DNA of 64,000 nt, taken from NCBI GenBank assembly GCA_964398775.1, contig CAYNND010000002.1, positions 8,242 through 72,241 of the forward strand. Reading direction: 5' to 3'. Position 1 is the stretch's first letter. Each line of letters opens with the position of its first letter. Source of the DNA: an uncultured Candidatus Saccharibacteria bacterium. GTDB lineage: Bacteria; Patescibacteriota; Minisyncoccia; Phycocordibacterales; UBA2100. Of this stretch, positions 9,257 to 19,533 are shown one piece after another. The notes below the pieces were generated by a model. The model did no database searches. It saw nothing but the letters and a program-made list of their open reading frames with translations, and was not told where the DNA came from. The translations under genes were made by a program, and so were the position numbers.

Positions 9257-10534
9257 ATGGAAAAACATAAAGTACTCCTTATTGGTAGTGGTGGTCGAGA
9301 ATGTGCACTTGCGTGGAAAATTGCACAATCTCCTCTCTTGAAACAATTGTTTATTGCACCAGGAAATGCAGGGACTAGTGCATACGGAACAAACATTGCA
9401 ATACCCGCAACTGATATTGAAAAGCTTTGTGACTTTGCTGTAACTGAAAAAATTACTTTTGTTCTTGTTGGACCAGATGATCCGCTCGCCCTTGGAATAG
9501 TTGATGCATTTCGTGCGCTTACTATTCCTGTCTTCGGGCCCACTCAAGCTGCTGCGCAACTTGAATGGTCAAAGGCATTTGCGAAAGAAGTAATGACCGA
9601 TGCTCATGTTCCTACCGCTGCGTACGCAACATGTACCTCATATGACGAGGCGCGCGCATACTGCGAGTCACAGACACTACCCCTTGTTATCAAAGCAAGT
9701 GGTCTTGCACTTGGTAAAGGTGTCTACATCTGCACAACGCGCGAAGAAGTCACGGAAGCACTCACTGAAATTATGGTGAGCCGAGTGCACAAAGACGCTG
9801 GTGACACTGTTGTCATAGAGCAGTTCATCACAGGCAGAGAAATATCAGCACACGCCATAACTGACGGAGTAACGACTCACATCTTCCCTGCTGCTCAAGA
9901 CCATAAGCGGGTCGGTGAAAACAACACAGGGAAAAATACTGGTGGCATGGGCACTATCGCACCACTTCCTTGGTTGCAAGCTACCACCATAGAACAGATT
10001 AAGACTCATGTGATTGACGCAACACTTACATGCATGGACGCACGAGGCACTCGCTTTACAGGATGCATCTTTCCCGGCCTTATGGTTGCAACTGACGGCC
10101 CCTATACTCTTGAATTTAATGCTCGATTTGGTGACCCCGAAACTCAGGTGTACATGAGACTTTTAGAAAGTGATGTGCTTGAACTGCTCTATGCTTGTGC
10201 AACTGGACAACTTGCCACAATTATCCCACGGTGGAGTGCACAGTACGCCGCAAATATAGTTATCGCATCAGGTGGTTATCCAGATGCCTATGAAAAAGGA
10301 AAGGTAGTAACGGGAATTGATGCTGCTGAACGCATTCCCGGAGTTGTTGTATTTCATGCAGGCACTGCTGTAAAAGATGGCGCACTTGTAACAAATGGCG
10401 GACGCGTACTCGGTGTTTCAGCAACAGGAGCGACACTCCAAGAAGCCCTTGCACGAGCATACCAAGGTGTCTCATGTATCTCTTTTGATGGTATGTATTA
10501 CCGAAAGGATATTGGGCAGCAATCGCTGATATAA
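9257..10534 (+). CDS. purD: phosphoribosylamine--glycine ligase
   Basis: 425 aa with 'MEKHKVLLIGSGGRECALAWK', an ATP-grasp region and the C-terminal 'GGRVLGV' typical of PurD. Divergent from purF. Confidence 0.9.
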   Translation: MEKHKVLLIGSGGRECALAWKIAQSPLLKQLFIAPGNAGTSAYGTNIAIPATDIEKLCDFAVTEKITFVLVGPDDPLALGIVDAFRALTIPVFGPTQAAAQLEWSKAFAKEVMTDAHVPTAAYATCTSYDEARAYCESQTLPLVIKASGLALGKGVYICTTREEVTEALTEIMVSRVHKDAGDTVVIEQFITGREISAHAITDGVTTHIFPAAQDHKRVGENNTGKNTGGMGTIAPLPWLQATTIEQIKTHVIDATLTCMDARGTRFTGCIFPGLMVATDGPYTLEFNARFGDPETQVYMRLLESDVLELLYACATGQLATIIPRWSAQYAANIVIASGGYPDAYEKGKVVTGIDAAERIPGVVVFHAGTAVKDGALVTNGGRVLGVSATGATLQEALARAYQGVSCISFDGMYYRKDIGQQSLI

Positions 10535-10544
10535 CAAAAGGCAC

Positions 10545-10580
10545 CTTGCGGTGCCCTTCTCTTACTTCGTTTCAGCGCAA
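10545..10580 (+). terminator. putative Rho-independent terminator after purD
   Basis: Hairpin GGCACC-ttgc-GGTGCC followed by a T-rich stretch (CTTCTCTTACTTCGTTT). The U-tract is weak. Confidence 0.4.
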
Positions 10581-10766
10581 TTCTCGCATGGGCATGCGGC
10601 GACTTTTTCAGCGCCACAATCACAACATTTTCCTCCACACATAGTAGGGATAGTTATGCTGATAACCATGTACAGTAAAGCACATCTTTACAGAAGTCGC
10701 ATGGTGTTGTGTGGATGAAAAAAGCAACACACATCCACTTGCTCAGAGTGCTTTCCATGCGTATGC

Positions 10767-11861
10767 TTGTCGTTGATGAAAAAAGAAACCGAGCGAGTAT
10801 TAACACTACAAGACGGTTCAGTCTGGAAGGGAGAAGCATTTGGATATGTTGGTACGGCCTCAGGTGAGGTCGTTTTTAATACTGGCATGACTGGATACCC
10901 AGAAACACTGACTGACCCGTCATACCAAGGGCAAATACTTATTGAAACGTATCCTCTTGTCGGAAACTACGGCGTTCCAAGTGACGCAGCAGAACATGGA
11001 CTATCCAAGTACTTTGAATCAGACGCTATTCATATCAGAGGTCTTGTTGTGACTCATTACAGTGAGCACTACTCACACCATGAAGCGACACGTTCACTTG
11101 ATGCCTGGATGAAAGAACATAAGATTCCGGGGATAACCGGTGTGGACACTCGAGCGCTTACTAAGCACATTCGAACTCATGGTGTGATGCGAGGAAGCAT
11201 CGCGGCAACAAAGCATGCGCACCCTCGTGAGATACCTGACCCAAACGAACACAATCTCATCGCTGAAGTATCTCCTAAAACACTACGAACATACGCCCCG
11301 ACCAGTTCACCACTGCACAAGCGAGTAGTGCTGGTAGATTGTGGCGCAAAAAATAACATCATTCGCTCACTCACCAGTCGAGGCGTAGAGGTGCTGCGAG
11401 TGCCGTGGGACTATAATTTTCTAGACGAGCATTACGATGGCATTTTGCTCTCCAACGGGCCAGGTGACCCGACACAAGCAGTCGCAACAATCGAGCATGT
11501 GCGCGCTGCACTCTCTGACGATAGACCTATCTTTGGGATATGCTTGGGTAACCAGATACTTTCTCTCGCAGCCGGAGCGACGACGTACAAGCTCCCTTTT
11601 GGTCACAGAAGTCATAACCAACCGTGCATCAATACACAAACAGGCCGCTGCTATATCACATCACAAAATCATGGATATGCAGTGAACACAAAAACACTTC
11701 CGAAGGGATGGAAGGAATGGTTTGTGAATGCAAATGACAGCACAAACGAAGGGGTGCGACACGAGCGAAAGCCATTCTTCTCAGTCCAGTTTCATCCAGA
11801 GGCAAGCGCAGGACCGACCGATACTGCATTTTTATTTGATGAATTTATACGCACACTATGA
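10767..11861 (+). CDS. carA: carbamoyl-phosphate synthase small (glutaminase) subunit
   Basis: Class I GATase catalytic 'GICLGNQ' and 'HGYAV'. The N-terminal CPSase small-chain domain shows 'VFNTGMTGYPE'. Confidence 0.9.
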   Translation: MSLMKKETERVLTLQDGSVWKGEAFGYVGTASGEVVFNTGMTGYPETLTDPSYQGQILIETYPLVGNYGVPSDAAEHGLSKYFESDAIHIRGLVVTHYSEHYSHHEATRSLDAWMKEHKIPGITGVDTRALTKHIRTHGVMRGSIAATKHAHPREIPDPNEHNLIAEVSPKTLRTYAPTSSPLHKRVVLVDCGAKNNIIRSLTSRGVEVLRVPWDYNFLDEHYDGILLSNGPGDPTQAVATIEHVRAALSDDRPIFGICLGNQILSLAAGATTYKLPFGHRSHNQPCINTQTGRCYITSQNHGYAVNTKTLPKGWKEWFVNANDSTNEGVRHERKPFFSVQFHPEASAGPTDTAFLFDEFIRTL

Positions 11862-14800
11862 CCCCTCAAAAAAAGACAGAGCGACGCATGCCTCGATGCA
11901 TTCTCCTCCTTGGCTCAGGTGGTCTGAAAATAGGGCAAGCAGGCGAATTTGACTACTCGGGTTCTCAGGCTATTAAGGCATTCAAAGAAGAAGGGATTCG
12001 CGTCGTACTAGTCAATCCAAACATCGCAACGATACAAACTGAAGAAGGACTTGCAGACAGAGTGTATTTCCTCCCCGTGACACCCGCTCATGTCACGCAG
12101 ATTATTGAGAAGGAGCGGCCAGATGCTATTGCACTTTCCTTCGGCGGACAAACAGCACTAAACTGTGGCGTTGCGCTCTATCATGATGGGACTCTCAAGA
12201 AGTATGGAGTATCGGTACTCGGGACACCAGTGCCAGTTATTGAAGACACCGAAGACAGAAAACTCTTCACCGATAGACTCAACGAAATACATGTTGACTC
12301 GCCGAAAAGCATTGCCGCAGAGAACCTAGATGACGCAAAAAAAGCAGCTCGCACTATCGGATATCCAGTCATGATACGAGCAGCATTTGCACTCGGTGGG
12401 CGCGGAAGTGGCATCTGCAAAAGCGAAGCAGAACTCAACACACGCGTACCGGAACTTTTCGCATCATCACCTCAGGTTTTGGTTGAAGAATGGCTTGGAG
12501 GATGGAAAGAAATTGAATACGAAGTGGTGCGGGACAAAGCAGACAATTGCATCACCATCTGCAATATGGAAAATATCGACCCGCTTGGTATTCATACCGG
12601 CGAAAGTATTGTTGTCGCCCCATCTCAAACACTGAACAACGCTGAGTACCACATGCTCCGAGAGGTTGCGATAAAAACAATACGTCACCTTGGAATCATT
12701 GGTGAGTGTAATATCCAATATGCACTTGACCCACACTCACGTGAATACCGTGTCATCGAAGTGAATGCTCGCCTTTCCAGAAGTTCGGCACTTGCCTCGA
12801 AGGCAACTGGCTACCCTCTTGCCTATGTTGCTGCGAAGCTCATCCTCGGATACACACTTACCGAATTGAAAAACAAAGTCACCGGAGTAACTACAGCATG
12901 CTTTGAGCCAGCGCTTGACTATTGCGTCATCAAGATGCCACGCTGGGACCTACAAAAATTTAAGGAGTCGGAGCGCAAGATTGGATCAGAAATGAAGTCA
13001 GTCGGAGAAGTGATGGGCATCGGGCGGACCTTTACCGAAGCGCTTCACAAGTGTATTCGCATGGTAGACGTCGGTAGTAATTCACTCCTCGATGACCCCG
13101 ACACATCGGGCATGACACTCACGGAACGTCTTGATGTGGCGACTGATACAAGAATATTTGCAGTCGCAACTGCACTCTCACAAAAAATGTCTGTTGAAGC
13201 ACTCCACACCAAGACCCGCATCGACAGATATTTCCTAAACGAAATTAAAAGCATTGTTGATTGTGCACAAGAACTTAAAAAGACTAAAACCCTCACAAGT
13301 GCTGTACTCAAAAAAGCAAAGCAGCTTGGTTTTGACGATATATCCATTGCGCGATTTACAAAAAAGACCCCAGACGCGATTCGCGCACAGCGCATTAAGC
13401 TTGGCATCACGCCATTTGCAAAAGCTATCGATACACTTGCTGGTGAATTCCCCGCACATACTGAGTATCTCTACACGACATACCACGGTATCGAGCATGA
13501 TGTACAGCCGCTGAAACAGTCGGAAAAGCCTGTGCTTGTCCTCGGTTCAGGAACATACCGCATCGGCAGCAGCGTTGAGTTTGACTGGTGCTGCGTCAAC
13601 GCTGTTCAAACCGTCCGCGATACGGGACGTAAGGCAATCATGCTCAACAGTAACCCAGAAACAGTTTCGACTGATTATGACATGTGTGACCGACTCTACT
13701 TTGACGAACTCTCCCTTGAGCGAGTACTTGATATCTATGACTTTGAGCATCCTCGTGGTGTCATCGTTTCCATGGGAGGGCAAACGCCGAATAGACTCGC
13801 GCTACCACTCGCACAAAGAAATGTCCGCATCTTGGGTACAACACCTGAAGATATCGATAAAGCAGAGGATAGAAATAAATTTTCTAAACTACTCGATGCT
13901 CACAACATTGCACAACCCCAATGGGAGGCATTGACTAGTCTGTCAAACGCGAAAAAGTTTGCAGACAGGGTCGGCTATCCGGTCTTGGTGCGACCAAGTT
14001 ATGTACTCTCTGGAGCAGCTATGAATGTAGTATGGGACGAAGCAGCGCTTGAGCAATTTCTTAAAGACGCGGCGGCAGTCTCGAAAGAGCACCCTGTTGT
14101 AATGACAAAGTTCATTACACCAGCAAAAGAGATTGAGATTGATGCGGTTGCCGACCACGGCGCAATCATCGCCTATGCAATTGGTGAACATATTGAAAAC
14201 GCAGGAGTACACTCAGGAGATGCAACAATTGTGCTTCCTGCTCAATCTCTCTATGTTGGAACTATTCGCACGGTAAAGCATATTGCACGAGATATCGCAA
14301 AAGCATTGAACATTACTGGACCGTTCAACATCCAGTTCCTCGCCCATGACAATAAAGTACAAGTCATCGAATGTAATGTCCGTGCTTCAAGAAGTTTTCC
14401 ATTCTGCTCAAAAATATTCCGCACAAACTTTGTTCGGCTTGCAACGCGCGCTATGCTAGGTGAATCAGTTGAAACCGTCCAGAAATCACTCTTTGATGTT
14501 GATTTTGTCGGAGTAAAAGCTGCACAGTTTAGTTTTGGTCGCCTCAAAGGTGCTGACCCGAGACTAGGAGTTGAGATGGCATCAACTGGAGAAGTCGCAA
14601 CCCTTGGAACCACTGTGGATGACGCTCTGGTGCACGCACTCACAGCCGTCGATATACCTCCCCCACAAAAAGGCATCCTTATTTCCTTGGGGACACCTGA
14701 GTCGAAAGGGAGGTTTTTGAAGCGAATCGACATCCTGAAATCAATCGGCCTACCAATCTATGCTACTGCAGGAACTGCGGAAATCCTCAAACAAGAGTAC

Positions 14801-15049
14801 ACAGGCATTCATGCAGTCACATTTGCCCAGGCACAGAAACTATTAGGCGAACGCTCAGTCGACTTACTCATAAATACCCCATCCCACACAAGCTACTCAG
14901 AACGGCAACACACTGAAGGTAAGGTATTGCGACGTCTTGCGAGTGATAGAAATATTCCACTCATTACAAACGGTGAGCTTGGGGAGCGATATCTTGAAGC
15001 GCTCGATGCATATAGCTCCCCAGCTCCCCGCGCATGGGACGAATACTAA
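11858..15049 (+). CDS. carB: carbamoyl-phosphate synthase large subunit
   Basis: 1063 aa with duplicated ATP-grasp halves ('GQAGEFDYSGSQA' and 'GSSVEFDWCC') and an MGS-like C-terminus. Overlaps the carA stop by 4 nt. An alternative start lies at 11888. Confidence 0.95.
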   Translation: MTPQKKTERRMPRCILLLGSGGLKIGQAGEFDYSGSQAIKAFKEEGIRVVLVNPNIATIQTEEGLADRVYFLPVTPAHVTQIIEKERPDAIALSFGGQTALNCGVALYHDGTLKKYGVSVLGTPVPVIEDTEDRKLFTDRLNEIHVDSPKSIAAENLDDAKKAARTIGYPVMIRAAFALGGRGSGICKSEAELNTRVPELFASSPQVLVEEWLGGWKEIEYEVVRDKADNCITICNMENIDPLGIHTGESIVVAPSQTLNNAEYHMLREVAIKTIRHLGIIGECNIQYALDPHSREYRVIEVNARLSRSSALASKATGYPLAYVAAKLILGYTLTELKNKVTGVTTACFEPALDYCVIKMPRWDLQKFKESERKIGSEMKSVGEVMGIGRTFTEALHKCIRMVDVGSNSLLDDPDTSGMTLTERLDVATDTRIFAVATALSQKMSVEALHTKTRIDRYFLNEIKSIVDCAQELKKTKTLTSAVLKKAKQLGFDDISIARFTKKTPDAIRAQRIKLGITPFAKAIDTLAGEFPAHTEYLYTTYHGIEHDVQPLKQSEKPVLVLGSGTYRIGSSVEFDWCCVNAVQTVRDTGRKAIMLNSNPETVSTDYDMCDRLYFDELSLERVLDIYDFEHPRGVIVSMGGQTPNRLALPLAQRNVRILGTTPEDIDKAEDRNKFSKLLDAHNIAQPQWEALTSLSNAKKFADRVGYPVLVRPSYVLSGAAMNVVWDEAALEQFLKDAAAVSKEHPVVMTKFITPAKEIEIDAVADHGAIIAYAIGEHIENAGVHSGDATIVLPAQSLYVGTIRTVKHIARDIAKALNITGPFNIQFLAHDNKVQVIECNVRASRSFPFCSKIFRTNFVRLATRAMLGESVETVQKSLFDVDFVGVKAAQFSFGRLKGADPRLGVEMASTGEVATLGTTVDDALVHALTAVDIPPPQKGILISLGTPESKGRFLKRIDILKSIGLPIYATAGTAEILKQEYTGIHAVTFAQAQKLLGERSVDLLINTPSHTSYSERQHTEGKVLRRLASDRNIPLITNGELGERYLEALDAYSSPAPRAWDEY

Positions 15050-15120
15050 TACACTTGTCCACTCTTGCAGAAAAATGCCCTATGGTATACTGCACGAACT
15101 TAACAGTAATGTAACGTTTT

Positions 15121-15849
15121 ATGTCAGAAGGAACACATACACAACAGCAATCACCATATGCAATACCTGCGGCAATTGTAATTGCAGGAGCACTTATCGC
15201 AGGTGCGCTCTTTTTCGCCCAGCCACGTCAAGCGGCACCACAGATAGCAGATGGACAAAATCCACAGCAAGCAGGCCCACAAATTACTGACCAGGTAGTC
15301 AAAGGTATCCAGGCAGATGATAATGTGATGGGTAATCGCGATGCAAAAGTAGTCATCGTTGAGTTCTCTGACGCTGAATGCCCATTCTGTAAAATGTTCC
15401 ATGACACCATGAATCGCATCATGAGTGAATACAAAGACTCCGGAAATGTAGCATGGGTATATCGACATTATCCACTTCCACAACTTCACCAGAAAGCAAC
15501 GAAGGAAGCAGTTGCTATCGAGTGCGCATCAAAGCTTGGCGGACAAGACGCATTCTGGAAGTTCACAAACAACCTATATGACATCACACCATCAAACGAT
15601 GGACTCAATCATGCTGAGCTCCCAAACATGGCAGTAAAGGCTGGGGTTGATAAAGGTGCATTTGAAAAGTGTCTTAAGAACGACGAAACGATGCCACGCG
15701 TTCAACGTGACATTGATGAAGGACAGGCACTCGGTATCGGCGGTACCCCACAGAGTTATGTTGTCGCAAATGGCAAACAAATCTCAATCGAGGGCGCGCA
15801 ACGCTACGAGACTGTGAAGCAGTACATTGAACAAGCACTTGCTGAATAA
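15121..15849 (+). CDS. membrane-anchored DsbA-like thiol:disulfide oxidoreductase
   Basis: N-terminal transmembrane helix and a thioredoxin-fold 'CPFC' active site ('FSDAECPFCKMFH'). Confidence 0.75.
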   Translation: MSEGTHTQQQSPYAIPAAIVIAGALIAGALFFAQPRQAAPQIADGQNPQQAGPQITDQVVKGIQADDNVMGNRDAKVVIVEFSDAECPFCKMFHDTMNRIMSEYKDSGNVAWVYRHYPLPQLHQKATKEAVAIECASKLGGQDAFWKFTNNLYDITPSNDGLNHAELPNMAVKAGVDKGAFEKCLKNDETMPRVQRDIDEGQALGIGGTPQSYVVANGKQISIEGAQRYETVKQYIEQALAE

Positions 15850-15865
15850 GGTATACGTACCCAAC

Positions 15866-15896
15866 AACAAAAGCCCCTTTCGGGGCTTTTGTTTTG
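15866..15896. terminator. bidirectional Rho-independent terminator
   Basis: AAAAGCCCC-tttc-GGGGCTTTTGTTTT between the convergent DsbA-like (+) and helicase-nuclease (-) genes. Confidence 0.85.
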
Positions 15897-15902
15897 AGGA
15901 AA

Positions 15903-18890
15903 TTACTTCTGATTCATTCCCGCACGAAGCGTGCAATACTCACAGTCTTTCTGCTTGCACCCACCGTCCCAAAATGCGAGCGTATATATTTCCTCTGCTG
16001 CCCGAGCGATTGTCGCAGTGAGTGCCGTGACATCATCATCTGTGACGGCAAATGACTCAAGTCGATACGAGCCATTACTATGCGGCTCAAGGAAATCAAT
16101 ACATGCTTCTCTCAGGTTCCCCTTCTTCTGCATATCCATACACAGCTTATAAAAGACAAGCTGTCGATGATAGTCTCCTGTTCCATTTTTTGTGAGACCG
16201 AGTATCTCATTGCGTGTCTTTGGCTTTCCTGTTTTGTAGTCTGTAACACGTATACTTCCATCCGCAAATACATCAAGTCGGTCGATTTTACCGCGCAGGA
16301 GTATGCGCTGCATGGATGGTGTGCCTATATGCAAGTCACATTCAAGCGGTAATTCAGAAAAGATTTTTGTTTCACCAAACGTATTTTTACGCTCAGCAAA
16401 CCAGCCGGGGATCGCGTCATCTGCTTTCTTTCGCGCCTCCGCAAGACCGACAGCGTCGAAGCCCTGCTTCTCAAGGTGTGCATGCACTGCCGCAAGTAAG
16501 TACTTGAGCGCAGGAAGTTTTCCTGATTCTGTATACATATCGAAAAACTCCTTGAGCCCATCGTGCATACCATTACCAAACAGGAGATGGTTATTTGTAA
16601 CATCTGGGATGCGCACGAGGTTTCGATAGAAGTACCTCCATGGACACTCAAGATAGTTGTTCAGAGCAGTTACCGAAAGCCCCTGCTCAACAAATAATGC
16701 CTTCAAAAAGGCGACATCCTCCCCAGGAAGTGCGGCGGCTTTTCGTTCGAGCAATGAGTGTGGTGCATACGCCGACTCAAACTCTGAGACCGATGATGCA
16801 GTTGCGTGTGTTCCGAGACTTTCTATGAACAATGACGGCAGTGCTTCATTACCCTCTTGTGTTACCTGGGCATGACTGATGAAGGCTCCGAGCTTCGCTC
16901 GAGTGAGTGCTACGTACATAATGCGACGTTCATCGTCGTCGTCTGATTTTTCAAGTTGTGGTATGTAAAAGGCAGTACGTCCGCGTGCATTACCCCACTT
17001 CTTATCACGTGCATGGATGATATACACATATGAGAACTCAAGCCCCTTTGATGCGTGGGCGGTCATGAGGTGCACGGACTGCAGCGTCGACGGCATTGGC
17101 ATATCTTTGTCTATGGCAACACCGTACGTATCATAGAGACCGATATCAATGAGAAATCGCTGCGCGCTATATCCTACTTCTTTGCGCGCATGACGCTCAA
17201 GTGTTGCGAGCATGCCACGGACACGTGCGAGCACATCTGCAGTGCCTTGATGTGTGAGTACAAAACGAAGGAATCCAGAATCATGCACGCAGTATGAGAA
17301 GAAATCTCGTGCATGATCTTCACGTGCGATTTCACTGCCACGCTTCATGCGGCTGACAAATGCCGCGACCGCTTCTCGGTCACGCAGTCCTTCTATCTTT
17401 TCATGATGCTTGAGTACGTCGAAAAAGGGCTCTCGGGCAAGACGTACTGCACGAACGATACGATGAATATCAGCTTCCTCAAGCCCTGACCACGGTGCAA
17501 ACAAGCTCTCTGCCATAGCACGGTCTGAATAATTATCAGCACTTGCCCGCATCCAAGTAATAAGCTGTTGCACACGATGATGCTCAAGCGCATTCTGGTG
17601 AGTCTCGACGATGTGCGGCACTTCCTGAGCAGCAAGTGCCCGCGTAAGCGCATCTGCGTCTTTGTTGTTGCGAAACAGAACTGCAATTTCAGTCGGCTCA
17701 ACACCATGCCCAAGCTTTTCTTTGATATCCGCTGCGACCCACGCAAGCTCGTGCTCTTCAGTAGAAAATGTGCGTGTTGCAACTGTTGCGAGATGTGGTT
17801 CAGGATGACGCGATACAAGCTCAGGGTTGCGCTCAGGAGCCACCGCAGTACTCATAAGCTCTCTGGAGGCAGCGAGTATCTGTGTTCCGGAGCGATATGA
17901 ATCAGTAAGTGTAACCATTTCAGCATGCGGGTACTGGCGCTTGAAGGTATGAAAATGTTCGAGCGATGCTCCTTGGAAGCTATAGATTGCCTGCTTCTCG
18001 TCACCGACCAAGAAGAGATTTGGAGACTCGTGAAAACTTGAGAGTTTGGTCAGTAACGTGTTTTGAGAAGTGTTTGCGTCTTGATGTTCATCAGCGAGAA
18101 TGTAGAGATACTCCTCTTGCACCATCTGTAAGAAGTCGGTATTTTCTTCAAACACACGGAGCACTTCAATTATCATATCGTCAAAGTCATACGTCTTTTG
18201 TGCTCGAAGCGCTGCTTCATATCGCTCATATGCATCAGCGAGCTCCAGCGTTCGCGCGAGTCTATCGAGTTGCTTCTTGTGCTCACCTTTCATCTCACCT
18301 TTGTATCTGCCTGAGGTATGATATGCCTCACCTGATGACTGTATCTGGTGCACTTCGAGTTCTGCGCGCTCACGCAGTAGCAGTGGCGAGATGTATTCAC
18401 GTTTGAGCTGTGAAATAGTCCTGATGATATCTTTAACGTGGACATACCTATCACCAAAAGATGTGAGATGTTCCCACTCCCGTGTATCGATTACTCCACG
18501 CGCTGTGATGATGGCGTCTATCGGAAGTATCGGTTCAGCTCCGACGAGGCGCTTGAAGTATGAAGGGTGTTCTTGGATGAGGGCGTTGCAGAAGCTATGG
18601 AAGGTGTGAATCTTCACAGAATAGGCTGTAGGGCCTATGAGTGAGGCAAGACGAGTCTTCATAGCATAGACACCCGCTTCGGTGAATGTGAGGGCAAGGA
18701 TTGCGTCAGGCGGGGTGTCAGTTGAGAGGAGGATGTTTGCAATGCGCAGCGTGAGCACCTGTGTCTTCCCAGTGCCAGGCCCTGCTATGACCATGACGGG
18801 ACCTTCGATGGTATCTACTGCCTTTTTCTGCGCAGTGTTAAGCCGAGCGTATGCCTTTTGAAACTCAGGAGTAGATTTTGGAGTTGCCAT
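15903..18890 (-). CDS. ATP-dependent DNA helicase-nuclease (UvrD/AddA-type SF1 helicase fused to a PD-(D/E)XK RecB/Cas4-like Fe-S nuclease)
   Basis: Helicase motif I 'AGPGTGKTQVL' and UvrD-like motifs through 'TAHASKGLEFSYVYII'. The C-terminal roughly 250 aa carry a RecB-family nuclease 'IDRLDVFADGSIRVTDYKTGKP' plus a Cys cluster 'CPWRY...CKQKDCEYC', as in AddB/Cas4. The ATG at 18890 (MATPKST) was chosen because the longer 19097 start would overlap the upstream gene. Confidence 0.8.
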   Translation of the reverse strand: MATPKSTPEFQKAYARLNTAQKKAVDTIEGPVMVIAGPGTGKTQVLTLRIANILLSTDTPPDAILALTFTEAGVYAMKTRLASLIGPTAYSVKIHTFHSFCNALIQEHPSYFKRLVGAEPILPIDAIITARGVIDTREWEHLTSFGDRYVHVKDIIRTISQLKREYISPLLLRERAELEVHQIQSSGEAYHTSGRYKGEMKGEHKKQLDRLARTLELADAYERYEAALRAQKTYDFDDMIIEVLRVFEENTDFLQMVQEEYLYILADEHQDANTSQNTLLTKLSSFHESPNLFLVGDEKQAIYSFQGASLEHFHTFKRQYPHAEMVTLTDSYRSGTQILAASRELMSTAVAPERNPELVSRHPEPHLATVATRTFSTEEHELAWVAADIKEKLGHGVEPTEIAVLFRNNKDADALTRALAAQEVPHIVETHQNALEHHRVQQLITWMRASADNYSDRAMAESLFAPWSGLEEADIHRIVRAVRLAREPFFDVLKHHEKIEGLRDREAVAAFVSRMKRGSEIAREDHARDFFSYCVHDSGFLRFVLTHQGTADVLARVRGMLATLERHARKEVGYSAQRFLIDIGLYDTYGVAIDKDMPMPSTLQSVHLMTAHASKGLEFSYVYIIHARDKKWGNARGRTAFYIPQLEKSDDDDERRIMYVALTRAKLGAFISHAQVTQEGNEALPSLFIESLGTHATASSVSEFESAYAPHSLLERKAAALPGEDVAFLKALFVEQGLSVTALNNYLECPWRYFYRNLVRIPDVTNNHLLFGNGMHDGLKEFFDMYTESGKLPALKYLLAAVHAHLEKQGFDAVGLAEARKKADDAIPGWFAERKNTFGETKIFSELPLECDLHIGTPSMQRILLRGKIDRLDVFADGSIRVTDYKTGKPKTRNEILGLTKNGTGDYHRQLVFYKLCMDMQKKGNLREACIDFLEPHSNGSYRLESFAVTDDDVTALTATIARAAEEIYTLAFWDGGCKQKDCEYCTLRAGMNQK

Positions 18891-18909
18891 CACTCTAGTA
18901 TGCCATATT

Positions 18910-19527
18910 TTATTTTTCTGCGCGGCTCTCGTGATAGCGTTTCCATGCCGACTCACTCGGATAAAAAAGTCCTTCATCCTTAGCAAAATAGTAGTATTGC
19001 CCGATGCTCGAAAGTAGCACCTCGAGCGTGATCTCTCGTGTACCATCTGCCTGCAATACCCCTGCTGATCCAAGTTCCCATGCATGCGCCTCTGCAACCT
19101 CTTCTGGGCTTAGACGTGTACAAGTATATGGCTGCTGCTCAAAACGCTCTACGATATCTGCAAATGCTTTTTGAACAGCAGCAACGGTCGTACGCTCATC
19201 TACAGGGACTGAAAGACTGACGGTTGGAGATGCTCCGAGTCGCGTAGGAGTGCAGAGCATGCCACACTCTTGTGCCAATGCCTTATTCGTATCTGAAAGA
19301 GTATCGAAACGTATGATTATGTGTGCGTCATATCCAACATTCTTTTTGTTTGCAGAACTCATGACAGTTTCGATGTTTTTTCGAAAGAGTGCGATGCATG
19401 CATCACGCACAGGTAGTTCAGCAATGCTGGCGATATCAGACTCACTTTCAATACGGACACTTGTTTTCTCTATTGCAGCTACGTCACGAATGTACTGCGG
19501 TACTTCATTTCTAATATCTGAATCCAT
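18910..19527 (-). CDS. hypothetical protein (co-transcribed with the helicase-nuclease)
   Basis: 205 aa with no recognisable motif. Tightly packed between prs (7-nt gap) and the helicase-nuclease (19-nt gap). Confidence 0.4.
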   Translation of the reverse strand: MDSDIRNEVPQYIRDVAAIEKTSVRIESESDIASIAELPVRDACIALFRKNIETVMSSANKKNVGYDAHIIIRFDTLSDTNKALAQECGMLCTPTRLGASPTVSLSVPVDERTTVAAVQKAFADIVERFEQQPYTCTRLSPEEVAEAHAWELGSAGVLQADGTREITLEVLLSSIGQYYYFAKDEGLFYPSESAWKRYHESRAEK

Positions 19528-19533
19528 AACAGC

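Noticed and set aside
10690-10745. Apparent inverted repeat 'gtgttgtgtggatg...aacacacatccac' upstream of carA
   Set aside because: On inspection the arms are complement-mirror rather than reverse-complement, so they cannot form a hairpin. It is probably a chance purine/pyrimidine symmetry.
18891-19097. Upstream extension of the helicase-nuclease ORF (start at 19097)
   Set aside because: It would overlap the 205-aa upstream gene by ~190 nt. The in-frame ATG at 18890 (MATPKST...) directly precedes helicase motif I and leaves a 19-nt intergenic gap.
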